Of a stretch of 64,000 nt of DNA, positions 27,740 to 37,621 are shown in pieces. The DNA comes from Chloroflexota bacterium. Its GTDB lineage: Bacteria; Chloroflexota; Anaerolineae; Anaerolineales; JBFLVL01. The notes under the pieces were generated by a model. The model saw nothing but the letters and a program-made list of their open reading frames with translations, made no database searches and was not told the origin of the DNA. The stretch lies in NCBI GenBank assembly GCA_040758495.1, contig JBFLVL010000005.1:35682-99681 (forward strand), given 5' to 3'. Every line of letters begins with the position of its first letter. Within the stretch, counting starts at the first letter, position 1. Position numbers and translations under genes: made by a program.

Positions 27740-27986
27740 GCCTGTTCAGCAGGAAAGATGTCAGGCTTTCTAACAAAACGCCTTGCGCAACGATGAGAAT
27801 CAGAGCAGCAAAACCATATAAAGATAGATGATTATCGAATAGATATTTCAAGGGGGAGGCCAACAGACGCAACACAAGGAAAAAATACGCCATCAACAGT
27901 CCACAATATACGACTAACTCAATAATAAAATTGTGGATTAATATTCGAACACTGACATGGGGTGGACGGTTTTTTCTACCAGTCAT
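27717..27986 (-). CDS. Small hypothetical membrane protein
   Basis: 89 aa with two predicted TM helices. It overlaps the TSUP gene start by 23 nt on the same strand. I recognised no motif. Confidence 0.4.
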   Translation of the reverse strand: MTGRKNRPPHVSVRILIHNFIIELVVYCGLLMAYFFLVLRLLASPLKYLFDNHLSLYGFAALILIVAQGVLLESLTSFLLNRLGLQRFE

Positions 27987-28175
27987 AGGGACATCCCAAA
28001 GATTTAAAAAGGCGTGATAATCTCAGCTACATCACGGAAATACCCGCAAAGTATACCTGAAAACAGGGTGGTAAGTCTTATTACGGTGTGACAGTTATGG
28101 CCTCTACTGTACATCCTAAAAAAGGACAATCTGTCAGGGTACGGTTGCCAGAAGATATTCAACCGCTGACCATAC

Positions 28176-30515
28176 TTAAGGCTTAAATGGCCAGAATAAG
28201 GGTAACACGAACAGGAACACCCCCAGAGTCACCAGTGTAAGCGGCAAGCCAACTTTTATGTAATCTCTAAAGCGATATCCACCTGGGCCTAAAATTAACA
28301 CGTTCGCCGGGTGAGCAACCGGACTCAAAAAAGCCGCCGATGCAGAAACAGCAACGGTCATCATGAGCGGGTAAGGAGATATACCCAGGTTGGAGGCTGC
28401 GTTCAGCGCGATGGGAGATAAAAGTACTACCACAACAGGGGTGGGTATAACCTGCGTAGCCAGAGCAGTTATAATGAAAAGAGCTGCGCTGACCGCCAAA
28501 GGCCCAAAACCTCCTACCGTGGCAACAAACCCCTCAGCAAGGTAACGCGCAGCTCCTGTCTGCTCCATGGCGATCCCCAGAGGCATCATACCAGCAATAA
28601 GGAAAACGGCCTTCCATTCGATATAGTGATAGGCTTCATCCATATTCAAACACCTGACCAAAACCATCAGAGCCGCTCCGATTACAGCCGCAATGTATAT
28701 TGGTAACCAACCCAGAATAACCGGCAACAATACGACTACCATCACCAGCCCGGCCATCGGAGCCTTTTCCGTTATTGGTCTCTCCTGCACTGCTTCCGAG
28801 AGCATTAAAAAATCTGCATCACGGCTCAACATCCTTAACCTGTCCCGAGGTCCGTAGAGCAAAAGCGCATCCCCGAAACGTAGTGCCACATGCGCCAGAT
28901 TAGAATAACGAGCCCGCCCCTCACGCCAGATAGCCAACACACTCAACCCATACTTCTCTCTAAAGTTCAGTTGATGCAAAGTCTTGCCCACTAACGTTGT
29001 GTGGGGGGATAACACCGCCTCTACCAACCCATCCTTGTCTGACTCCAACATGGTTAAGGTTGACCTTTCAGCATGATTGATTTCTAACTCCTGGAGTTTC
29101 TGCACTGCCTGGAGGCGTTCAGCATTTCCTTTCACCAGAAGCGTATCATCTGCCTGCAGCTTATCTTCGGCAGTGGGCATCAGATGCGTAGTACCCTGAC
29201 GCACGATACCCAGCACGGCCAGCCCAAACACCTCTGAAAGACGGCTCTCTGCCAGGGTCTTGCCGACCAAACCGGAAACCGGAGGGACCCGAACCACCAT
29301 CATGCGTTCATTCAAATGGTAAATATGAGCCTGTTCAGTCTGGGTTGCCAGGAAATCCGTATTGTGAAGCAATGCTTCGATATAGGTTTTCGGACCCTGC
29401 ACCAGCAAAACATCCTCCGGTGCTAATGGCAGGTTGTCGAAGCTGTCGCGATATAACTGGCCTTCGTGCCAGATAGTCAAAACAATCCCTCCATAGCGGC
29501 GACGAAAATCGAGTTGCCGCAACGTTTGGCCAATGAGCGGGGAATGGGGAGGTAAAGCCAATTCAACTATGCTGACTTCATCGGTGACCAGGTCCTCGAC
29601 AACAATCTTCTCATCTTGAAGCAACAAATGTTGCTGATGGTTCAACTCGCCCAACCAATCGAGCCGTCCAGAAACCAATAATTGGTCACCTGACTGAAGG
29701 ACCACCTCAGATCCCGGAGATAATCGTGTGTGGTCATCACGGATGATGACAACCACGTTCAATCCAAAAATTGACCCTAATTTACTTTCCTTGAGCGTTT
29801 TCCCACTCAATGTCGAATCCGATGGCAAACGTAACAGGTACATCCGTTCCCGAATGTCATACAGGTCAGTCAATTCAGGCCTCTGTATATCTTTGGCAAT
29901 ATCTCGCACGGGCAACAGATGACGGCCTATTAACGCCATAAAAATAACCCCACCTATCAAGACAGCCAGACCAACCGGGGTGTAGTCGAACATGCGAAAG
30001 GGACGTAACCCATTCTCCATTAACGCATTGCTGACCAGAATGTTCGGCGGGGTGCCGATTAACGTGATCGCCCCTCCCAATAAAGAACCGAAAGCCAGCG
30101 GCATCAATAGTTTTGAGGGTGGGTGACCAGTCCTACGGGCAATATCCATGATGACCGGCAACAACAACGCGGCCACACCAATATTGTTCATGAGACCTGA
30201 GAGCAATCCTGCGGTCAGCATGATAAGGGCAATCAGCCTGGCCTCCCCTACCCCTGCAACCCGCAGAATGTGCCGCCCCAGCATATTAGCCACCCCTGCT
30301 CTGGCAAGCCCGCCGCTGAGGATGAACACTGCCCATACAGTCACCACGGCGGGATTGCTAAACCCCGAAAGCGCTTCGGTGGGCGAAACCAAACCGGTTA
30401 TTGCCAGACTGCCCAACACCATCAACGCCACCAGGTCATAACGTATTCGTTCACTGACGAACAACACAACAGCGAGTAACAAAATGACCAATGTCGTGGC
30501 TATTTGGGGTGTCAT
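28176..30515 (-). CDS. SLC13/DASS-type anion permease with four central TrkA-C (RCK_C) domains
   Basis: 779 aa with polytopic N- and C-terminal halves. The central 350 aa or so contain four repeats of the TrkA-C pattern (...GKTL.ES.L...FGL.V..I.R....). Examples are LSGKTLKESKLGSIFGLNVVVIIR, LIGQTLRQLDFRRRYGGIVLTIWH, LVGKTLAESRLSEVFGLAVLGIVR and LVGKTLHQLNFREKYGLSVLAIWR. Confidence 0.85.
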   Translation of the reverse strand: MTPQIATTLVILLLAVVLFVSERIRYDLVALMVLGSLAITGLVSPTEALSGFSNPAVVTVWAVFILSGGLARAGVANMLGRHILRVAGVGEARLIALIMLTAGLLSGLMNNIGVAALLLPVIMDIARRTGHPPSKLLMPLAFGSLLGGAITLIGTPPNILVSNALMENGLRPFRMFDYTPVGLAVLIGGVIFMALIGRHLLPVRDIAKDIQRPELTDLYDIRERMYLLRLPSDSTLSGKTLKESKLGSIFGLNVVVIIRDDHTRLSPGSEVVLQSGDQLLVSGRLDWLGELNHQQHLLLQDEKIVVEDLVTDEVSIVELALPPHSPLIGQTLRQLDFRRRYGGIVLTIWHEGQLYRDSFDNLPLAPEDVLLVQGPKTYIEALLHNTDFLATQTEQAHIYHLNERMMVVRVPPVSGLVGKTLAESRLSEVFGLAVLGIVRQGTTHLMPTAEDKLQADDTLLVKGNAERLQAVQKLQELEINHAERSTLTMLESDKDGLVEAVLSPHTTLVGKTLHQLNFREKYGLSVLAIWREGRARYSNLAHVALRFGDALLLYGPRDRLRMLSRDADFLMLSEAVQERPITEKAPMAGLVMVVVLLPVILGWLPIYIAAVIGAALMVLVRCLNMDEAYHYIEWKAVFLIAGMMPLGIAMEQTGAARYLAEGFVATVGGFGPLAVSAALFIITALATQVIPTPVVVVLLSPIALNAASNLGISPYPLMMTVAVSASAAFLSPVAHPANVLILGPGGYRFRDYIKVGLPLTLVTLGVFLFVLPLFWPFKP

Positions 30516-30555
30516 TTCTTTTTCATCAGCCGTAACTGCCCAACCTGAGAACCAA

Positions 30556-30635
30556 AGTCGGATGAAATCCGACTGAAAAATACACCGAGCTGTCAGTCCG
30601 TTTGAACGGACTTTGCCTGCCCCCCGTATGGGGGC
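30556..30635. repeat. Cluster of short GC-rich hairpins in the GT4-SLC13 intergenic region (REP-like elements or a structured leader)
   Basis: Three strong hairpins: AGTCGGA-tgaaa-TCCGACT (30556-30574), AGTCCG-tttgaa-CGGACT (30595-30612) and GCCCCC-cgtat-GGGGGC (30619-30635). Weaker stems lie at 30663-30691 and 30709-30723. Confidence 0.5.
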
Positions 30636-30727
30636 CTGCCAGCCCTGGCGAGGGATGCCTGAGTAGCTACCATCAGTCTTTTAATGGCTACATTTCTGTC
30701 ATGAATCGGTCTGTAACCCAGACAGGA

Positions 30728-31960
30728 TTATAAACCACCATCAACTTCTGCAATTAACCTCTCACACACATCCGCGAACTTTTCTGCCAACCTGGTTCTT
30801 TCAAAATGCTTTTCCACATAACGGCGCCCTCTTTGGCCCATCTCAATTCTCAATTGCGCATCGCACGCCAATATCCGTACAGCCTCTGCCAGGGAGGTGG
30901 CGTCTCCTGGAGAAACGGGAATCCCTGCCCGAGCTGCCTCCACCACCTCTCGGATCACCCCCTCCATGGCCAGGACGATCGGGCGCCCGGCTGCCAGGTA
31001 ATCAAATATTTTGTTGGGATACACAGTTGCGTACAGCGGGATTGGCCTCAATATCCCTACGCAGATGTCGGCAGCTCCTAAAACCTGGGGCATTGTCACT
31101 TTAGACACGGGAGGAAGAAAATGAAGGTTTTCCAACCCCATCTGTTGCGCACGTTCCATCAAAGAGCTCTTCTCTTTACCATCCCCGAGCAACACAAACT
31201 GGATTTCGGGTTGGTTGCGCAATTTTTCAGCGGCTTCCAAAACCACACCCAGATCGTTAGACATGCCATGAGCACCGGCATACAAAACCACGATTTTGCC
31301 CTCCAAACCGTGAGCGCGCCGGAAGTCCATCCCCTTATATTCAGGGTGGAACATCGTGGTGTCGGCTCCGTTAGGTACCAGCTCAACCAGCCGCCCTTCG
31401 CGTCCCCGCACATGCTCAACAAAACCCGGTGAATTGACAACTACCGTGCCCGCGCGGCGGTAGAGAAACCTTTCCAACCCCTCAGAGACCCAAATAAGGA
31501 ACGGGTTTCTCAGCACCCCCACCGCCACAGCAAATGCCGGCCATAAATCCCGCACTTCAAATAGAAAAGGCACCCCCTTCAAACGAGCGAGCAGCCACGC
31601 GGTCACCCCTTGAAAGATCGGCGGGGAGGTTCCCCAAACCATATCCACTTCCCGCACACTCCATCCGATAAAGAAAGAAGAGAACATAAAGCTGAAAAAG
31701 CTGAACACCCGATGGACAAAACTGCGGTGTATGGCAGGATAGGTATAGGCACGCAGCACGGAGATGGCTTCCCCATAGCTCTGTGCTTCTACCCAAGATA
31801 GGGACTTTCCCCGCGTCTTTCCCGTCAAGTAGCTGACCTGGCTGGCAATTACCGTAACCCGGTGCCCTCGCTGTGCCAGGTGTTGGGCTAACTCAAAATG
31901 GCGGGTTCCGCCGGGTTCATCGAGCGCCGCAAAGGCCTGATGGATGAGAAGAATGTGCAT
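30728..31960 (-). CDS. Glycosyltransferase family 4 (WbuB/WcaI-like)
   Basis: 410 aa with an N-terminal HILLIHQAF...EPGGTRHFELA pattern. A GT1-type C-terminal domain follows (VLLGDGKEK...PNKIFDYLAAGRPIV). Confidence 0.8.
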   Translation of the reverse strand: MHILLIHQAFAALDEPGGTRHFELAQHLAQRGHRVTVIASQVSYLTGKTRGKSLSWVEAQSYGEAISVLRAYTYPAIHRSFVHRVFSFFSFMFSSFFIGWSVREVDMVWGTSPPIFQGVTAWLLARLKGVPFLFEVRDLWPAFAVAVGVLRNPFLIWVSEGLERFLYRRAGTVVVNSPGFVEHVRGREGRLVELVPNGADTTMFHPEYKGMDFRRAHGLEGKIVVLYAGAHGMSNDLGVVLEAAEKLRNQPEIQFVLLGDGKEKSSLMERAQQMGLENLHFLPPVSKVTMPQVLGAADICVGILRPIPLYATVYPNKIFDYLAAGRPIVLAMEGVIREVVEAARAGIPVSPGDATSLAEAVRILACDAQLRIEMGQRGRRYVEKHFERTRLAEKFADVCERLIAEVDGGL

Positions 31961-31973
31961 GGTGAACGGCAGG

Positions 31974-34049
31974 TCAGGGGAATCTCCACTCGCTGAGAAA
32001 TTTTATGGGCAAATCGCCAGCTACCTTCACGGCAAATGACAGCGCCGGGATTTTGCATCCATACGTGGGAGAAACCCATCCCTGGATAGGTGAGAACAGA
32101 CCATCCCCGCAGAGCAGTTTGCCCGCGCGGACGATTTGATATTGATGGCTCTTAGCGGAGGCCCGGCGAAGGTTGGCTAAGTATACCTGGACATTCAAAG
32201 AAACCCAACCGTACGGCGAATGGATCCGCAGCTCTAATCCCTTATCGCCCACCTTTTCTAACTCCCAAGACCAGTCCGGGAGTAACCAGTGGAGGCGAAG
32301 ATCAACGGGAGCCTGGTGCCTGGTGACAGGCAATAGCTGATCTTCGACCAGCCAACGGCCATCGTTATGGGCAGTGACAGCACGCTGATGAAGGACTCCT
32401 AATCGGCGATATCCATCGTGCTGAGCCACAATGCGTTCCCATAAGCCATCTGGAGATCGTTCACGACCCAGGAGTTGCCCCTGTGCCCAATCCAGGTAGA
32501 GGAAACGCCCTGCTCGGGTCATCTGTTCCCTACCGTCCACGGTGATCGTGTTGTGGACTGCTGTATGGGTCAGGGCATTATCCCAGGGAGGCGAAGCGTT
32601 GTATAGGTACGTTCCCGCGTCCCGGGCGATGTTCAGCCCGCGCCACCACAAGTCGAGGTGTAATTGGTCAGCATGACCGGGGCGGTCCGTAAAGCGTGCT
32701 ACTCGGAGGTAAGCCCATGAGCTACTGGAGGCATTCTGTAACACCGAGGGGGTGGTTACGGGTGAAGGGTGATCAGTGACCAGTGATACCTGTTTATTTA
32801 ATAACCCTGAATGACCAAACCAAATCGCCATCTCATCCCACACCCCCGGGTCGAAAGCCGATTTCCCCAGAAAGGCTGACGAAGCAGCTTGCAGCACAGG
32901 ACGGTGATCGTGAAAGGAAAGCACGGTCAATGGCAGAATATAGGCTCCGTCGTTAGGCCCAAGGTTGGGAACGCAACCGGTTGGGGGATCGGTCAGCGCC
33001 AACAGCCAGAGGGTAGCATTTCTCAATTTTCGGCGCCAGTCGTCAGATTCTGTTTTCGCATTTGATACCCGATGGCTATCGGCTGACATCCAATTCACCC
33101 ACAATGCCGCCTGTAGCAACAAGCGTTGGTAGTTGGTGCTGTGCTGAACGTAGGTACCATCTTCGGCTATCTGGTTTTTCAACGCCCAAATAAACCAACG
33201 CCAGCCCAAATCCCGCCAACCGCGAGCCCTTGGGTGATCAGGCAAAGCGGCTGCGGCTGTGATCAACCCAACTGCCTCTATAAGCAGGTGGTTGTTGTTC
33301 TGAGCGCGGGCGTAGATCAATGTGGGTGGGATGCGGTTAGCATGAGCAGCAATGGCTCTCCCCAATCGTAGAATATGTTCAGGAGGAGAAGAAGGAGAAC
33401 CGCAAAAGACCTGAGCAGCAAAGACAAAGGCAAGTATCCTCAAGGCCACCTCTTGTCCAGATATCCAGTTCGGTCCCTGATTGGTGGGGTTCGCTTCTAG
33501 GAAGGTCTCGAAGTAGCGCCAAAAGGTTTCCGGGTAACGATCCTCACCGCTCAGGAGGTAGGCACGCCCCAGGGTGTAGACCCAACCAAACCGAGCCGGC
33601 TCCCAGGTAAACTTTATATCGGTATGTTGGGAATCGGGTGTTCGAGAATTGGAGAGAGGTGTTTTCCCCCTCTCGTAATCCGTCCAATGGCATAAGGGCT
33701 GTGCAGGGGCTAATTGCAACTCCACCGCAGGGCCACCAAAGAAGCGGACTTTGCCAGCCACAATCTCATCCGCTTCAACCATGATTTCGTTAATATGCTC
33801 CCCCAAGACACGTTTTAATTCTTCAACACAAGGTGGTGTGAGTATGTGATAGACGTTGTACTGCCGATCGGGTGCCTCAACCGCTGGATCAACGCCCTTA
33901 CCCCCTGACTTTCCGCCAACCGGTGTCCGCCAGCGCAGATAACCTGTCCGCAATCCCAACTGGTAGAGCGTGTAAAGCCCCAGTTGTCTGGGGCCAAGTT
34001 CACGCAGGGCTTTGAGAACAAGAGATATCCTTCGAACAGTGTCCATCAA
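31974..34049 (-). CDS. Heparinase II/III-like family protein
   Basis: 691 aa with C-terminal family motifs HADQLHLDLWWRGLNIARDAGTYLY and HNTITVDGREQ. Confidence 0.75.
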   Translation of the reverse strand: MMDTVRRISLVLKALRELGPRQLGLYTLYQLGLRTGYLRWRTPVGGKSGGKGVDPAVEAPDRQYNVYHILTPPCVEELKRVLGEHINEIMVEADEIVAGKVRFFGGPAVELQLAPAQPLCHWTDYERGKTPLSNSRTPDSQHTDIKFTWEPARFGWVYTLGRAYLLSGEDRYPETFWRYFETFLEANPTNQGPNWISGQEVALRILAFVFAAQVFCGSPSSPPEHILRLGRAIAAHANRIPPTLIYARAQNNNHLLIEAVGLITAAAALPDHPRARGWRDLGWRWFIWALKNQIAEDGTYVQHSTNYQRLLLQAALWVNWMSADSHRVSNAKTESDDWRRKLRNATLWLLALTDPPTGCVPNLGPNDGAYILPLTVLSFHDHRPVLQAASSAFLGKSAFDPGVWDEMAIWFGHSGLLNKQVSLVTDHPSPVTTPSVLQNASSSSWAYLRVARFTDRPGHADQLHLDLWWRGLNIARDAGTYLYNASPPWDNALTHTAVHNTITVDGREQMTRAGRFLYLDWAQGQLLGRERSPDGLWERIVAQHDGYRRLGVLHQRAVTAHNDGRWLVEDQLLPVTRHQAPVDLRLHWLLPDWSWELEKVGDKGLELRIHSPYGWVSLNVQVYLANLRRASAKSHQYQIVRAGKLLCGDGLFSPIQGWVSPTYGCKIPALSFAVKVAGDLPIKFLSEWRFP

Positions 34050-34076
34050 TATAAAAAGAACAGCCCGGCTAAATAG

Positions 34077-36257
34077 CTATGGCTTGATAAGTGTATGATT
34101 TTTCTCAACCCCTACTCGCACACCGCTGCGCAGCGCCTCCACAGCCGCAAAGGTGGCCTGATGTACACCAAAGATATGCTTGTAAGGGATGGGCGGTGGT
34201 CCACCAGAAAGGATGGCTTGGGAAAAGGCTTCCCATTCCGCGCGGTGGCCCTTATTCTGTCGCAGGCGTGAGCGCACCATCCGACGGCGTCCATCTTGCA
34301 CCAGCTCTAGCGAGCGGAAATCGTCCAATACGGCGATGCGACCTCCGGTGAAGACCTCCACCCGTTCCTTGGCGAAGGTTCGATCACCATTCGCCAGGTA
34401 AGCGACGACCCCTAATGAGCCATCCACAAAAGTGAAGTTGAGGAGGACATTATCCTCCCGGTAGCGTCCCGCATCCGGCAACCCCTGCGCGGTGACCGAA
34501 ATAGGCGGCTGACCCACCAAAAAGGTCAGGAAATCCACAAAATGGCAACCTTCCCCGATAATGCGCCCCCCACCAATTTGGGGGTCGTGCAACCAATGGC
34601 TCAGGGGGAGATACCCTGCGTTGACGCGGTAATGCGCCACGAGGGGTTCTGGGCTTTCTGTGATGAAAGCTTGCAGGTGTTGAGCCAGAGGGGCAAAGCG
34701 GCGGTTGAAACCCACCATGAGCAATGACTCGGAACTGGAACCCAGGGCTTCTTCAATGCTCGATAATTGCTCCCGGTTCAATGCCAACGGCTTCTCGACA
34801 AACACATGCTTACCCACCTGCAACGCAGCCACAACCTGCCGGGCGTGGAGGTGATGAGGGGTAAGGACAGCAACAGTATTGATCTCAGGATCACTTAGTA
34901 TTTGCTCTTCGTTGCTGGTGGCGTAGCGAAATCCGTACTTGCGCGCCGCGTGCTGCGCGCTCAACCCTGAAGCCGAAGCGATGCCGAACAATTCCACCTT
35001 ATCCATCCTCTTTAGAGCAGGGAGCATGACCGCGCTAGCAAAGTTACCCGCGCCCAGCACGCCAAGCTGCACCTTCCCCACAGAACGCGATTCACGCCCT
35101 GCGTATCCTATACCGACTGTCTCGTGTGGCTTCTCGGACTGGCCGGGATAAGTGAGCAGTACACCCAAGAACGGTTCCTCTGTTTTCCCACCAATCAGCT
35201 CATACGCTTCGGGAGCCTGTTCGATAGGGAAGCGGTGAGTAATCAGAGGGCTGACATCCATTTTGCCTGAAGCCAGGAGCTCCACAACCGCCTCCAGGTT
35301 ACGCCCCTCCGTCCATCGCACATAGCCGATGGGGTAATCCTCTCCGCCTTCCTCATAATTGGGATCATAGCGCCCCGGACCGTACGAGCGAGAGACCAGG
35401 AAAGTCAGTTCCTTCTCGTAGTACAGTTTGCGGGGAATGGACATCCCCACCGAACCCAGAGCGATCACTCGCCCACGATCGCGGGCGATCTCCCCGGCCA
35501 ATTCAACCGGATCGTTCGAGGGTGTATCCGCACAAATAAGGACGATATCCATCCCGCGCCCGCGGGAGGATGCCTGGGAGGCAGATTCTGCTTGCTTGCG
35601 CAAGCAGGCATGAATTCCCGTCCTTTGCGCCAACGCAACGCGTTGGGGGTCAAGATCAAATCCCAAAACGGGACATCCTGCGATTGAGGCGATCCTGGCT
35701 GTCAATAACCCCAACAAGCCCAAACCGATAACGGCTACCTGTTCCCCTAACTGAGGTTGAGCTAACCGGAAGCCATGTAAGGCAATCGCGCCTAAGGTAA
35801 CAAAGGCCGCCGACTCGAAGTCCACATCATCGGGCAAAGAGGCCAGCAGGTTCTGCGGCACGATGGCGTACTCAGCATGGACGGCGTAACCACCCCCGGC
35901 ACAAGCCACACGGTCGCCCGTTTTGAAACCCTGCAACCCCTCGCCCACTGCGACGATCGTACCAGAGGAGGAATAACCTAGCGCCATGGGCCGATCCAGG
36001 CGGTTGAAGACCGTCTCCACGGTGGTGAGCAACCCCTCACGCCGAGCTTTTTCCAGCACCTGACGCACCAGGTCAGGACGGGAACGGGCTTTACCCACTA
36101 GGGATTTCTGGGCAAAATCAACCAACATGCGCTCAGTGCCCACAGAAACCAGGGAAGCAGCCGTGCGTACAAGTGCAGAGCCTGGCCTGGGCTTCGGAAC
36201 GGGCACATCTTCGATATACGTCTCACCAGTATGCAGATTTTGGAGCAATTGTTTCAT
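34077..36257 (-). CDS. Bi-domain oxidoreductase (Zn-type alcohol dehydrogenase/MDR domain fused to Gfo/Idh/MocA domain)
   Basis: The ORF is open to 36272; the ATG at 36257 gives the family-typical MKQLLQNLHTGE start. The N-half has an MDR fold (GYSSSGTIVAVGEG, VIGLGLLGLL). The C-half has a Gfo/Idh/MocA Rossmann fold (LGVLGAGNFA...HVFVEKPLA). Confidence 0.8.
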   Translation of the reverse strand: MKQLLQNLHTGETYIEDVPVPKPRPGSALVRTAASLVSVGTERMLVDFAQKSLVGKARSRPDLVRQVLEKARREGLLTTVETVFNRLDRPMALGYSSSGTIVAVGEGLQGFKTGDRVACAGGGYAVHAEYAIVPQNLLASLPDDVDFESAAFVTLGAIALHGFRLAQPQLGEQVAVIGLGLLGLLTARIASIAGCPVLGFDLDPQRVALAQRTGIHACLRKQAESASQASSRGRGMDIVLICADTPSNDPVELAGEIARDRGRVIALGSVGMSIPRKLYYEKELTFLVSRSYGPGRYDPNYEEGGEDYPIGYVRWTEGRNLEAVVELLASGKMDVSPLITHRFPIEQAPEAYELIGGKTEEPFLGVLLTYPGQSEKPHETVGIGYAGRESRSVGKVQLGVLGAGNFASAVMLPALKRMDKVELFGIASASGLSAQHAARKYGFRYATSNEEQILSDPEINTVAVLTPHHLHARQVVAALQVGKHVFVEKPLALNREQLSSIEEALGSSSESLLMVGFNRRFAPLAQHLQAFITESPEPLVAHYRVNAGYLPLSHWLHDPQIGGGRIIGEGCHFVDFLTFLVGQPPISVTAQGLPDAGRYREDNVLLNFTFVDGSLGVVAYLANGDRTFAKERVEVFTGGRIAVLDDFRSLELVQDGRRRMVRSRLRQNKGHRAEWEAFSQAILSGGPPPIPYKHIFGVHQATFAAVEALRSGVRVGVEKNHTLIKP

Positions 36258-36384
36258 TTTAATCCCAGGCATGGATTAGTTTCTGGAGAGAGTATACCGC
36301 AAGTTAACGCTTCAGCCGATAGTGATTGAGGATAATGTTATAATCCCAACTCTCGTGCAAAGACATATCCCTAAAAAAGGAGCG

Positions 36385-37500
36385 ATGACCTTGACCGACA
36401 CACGTGTTGAAAAACTAGCCCAAATTCTTGTTGATCATTCCACCTGGGTGGGGGCTAACGACCGCATTCTGATTGAGGCAACCACTGCGGCAGAACCCCT
36501 GGTGCGTGCGCTGTACATAAAGATTCTGGAACGCGGTGGGTATCCCCACTTGTTGCTAAACTTTCCCGATGAAGATGAGGTGTTCTTTGCCCACGCCGAA
36601 AACAGTCAATTAGATTTTACCCCCACCTTCACAATGCTGGCTTACGAAACGTTTGAGGGGCGCATCCGGATTAAATCCGAGACGAACACCCGAGCTTTGA
36701 GTCAAGTGAAACCCAGCCGACAAGCCCGGAGGAGCAAGGCTCTGGAACCTATACTCAAAACCCAAATGCAGCGCGGGGCGGATGAGTCCTTCCGATGGGT
36801 GACCACTATTTACCCCACTGAAGCTTACGCCATGGAAGCCGAGATGGGGCTACAGGAGTATGCCGATTATGTTTACTGTGCCTGCCACACGGATGAGAAC
36901 ACCCCTGACCCCCTGGCATACTGGCTGGGTGTGAAGAAGGAACAGGAGCGTATTATTCATCTTTTTGAAGGTAAAGATCAGGTTGTGCTGCGCGGACCAA
37001 CCGTTGATCTGAAACTTTCTATAAAAGGACGGACATTTAAGAACGCCTGTGGAATCAACAACATGCCCGATGGTGAGATATACACTGGTCCAGTGGAGAA
37101 TTCCGTCAATGGATGGGTACACTTCACCTACCCGGCAATCTACCACGGTCGAATAGTCGAAGGTATAGAACTCACCTTTGAGAACGGGAAAGTGGTTAAA
37201 GCCAAGGCACAGAAGAACGAGGAACTCCTGCTAGAGTTGCTCAAGAGCGATGAGGGAGCAAAATACGTGGGCGAATTTGCCATCGGTACGAACTTTGAAA
37301 TCACACGGATAACCAAACAAATCCTGCTCGACGAAAAGATCGGGGGGTCTTTTCACATGGCACTGGGCCGAGGGTATCCAGAGACCGGCAGCCAAAATAA
37401 GAGCGCCATCCACTGGGACATGATCTGTGACCTGCGTAAAGAGTCGGAGATCTCGGTGGACGGAGACGTCGTTTACCGCAACGGAGAGTTTGTGGGGTAA
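36385..37500 (+). CDS. M29 family aminopeptidase (AmpS/aminopeptidase T-like)
   Basis: ATG at 36385 preceded by AAGGAG (the ORF is open from 36322). Motifs are NMPDGEIYTGPVE, EFAIGTN, GSFHMALG and AIHWDMI. Confidence 0.8.
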   Translation: MTLTDTRVEKLAQILVDHSTWVGANDRILIEATTAAEPLVRALYIKILERGGYPHLLLNFPDEDEVFFAHAENSQLDFTPTFTMLAYETFEGRIRIKSETNTRALSQVKPSRQARRSKALEPILKTQMQRGADESFRWVTTIYPTEAYAMEAEMGLQEYADYVYCACHTDENTPDPLAYWLGVKKEQERIIHLFEGKDQVVLRGPTVDLKLSIKGRTFKNACGINNMPDGEIYTGPVENSVNGWVHFTYPAIYHGRIVEGIELTFENGKVVKAKAQKNEELLLELLKSDEGAKYVGEFAIGTNFEITRITKQILLDEKIGGSFHMALGRGYPETGSQNKSAIHWDMICDLRKESEISVDGDVVYRNGEFVG

Positions 37501-37540
37501 TAGCCTTCCGTACTATATCCCTATTGGTAAGAAAAAAGAA

Positions 37541-37572
37541 ACCCGCCCTCTTTTAGATACAGGGCGGGTTTT
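37541..37572. terminator. Bidirectional intrinsic terminator between convergent M29 and trxB-like genes
   Basis: ACCCGCCCT (37541-37549) pairs with AGGGCGGGT (37561-37569). The stem is flanked by an A-run on the left and TTT on the right, so it reads as a stem plus U-tract on both strands. Confidence 0.75.
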
Positions 37573-37621
37573 ACATGCCTACAACCCTCGTGCCAGGGAG
37601 AGGCAGCCCACTCTGCTTAAT

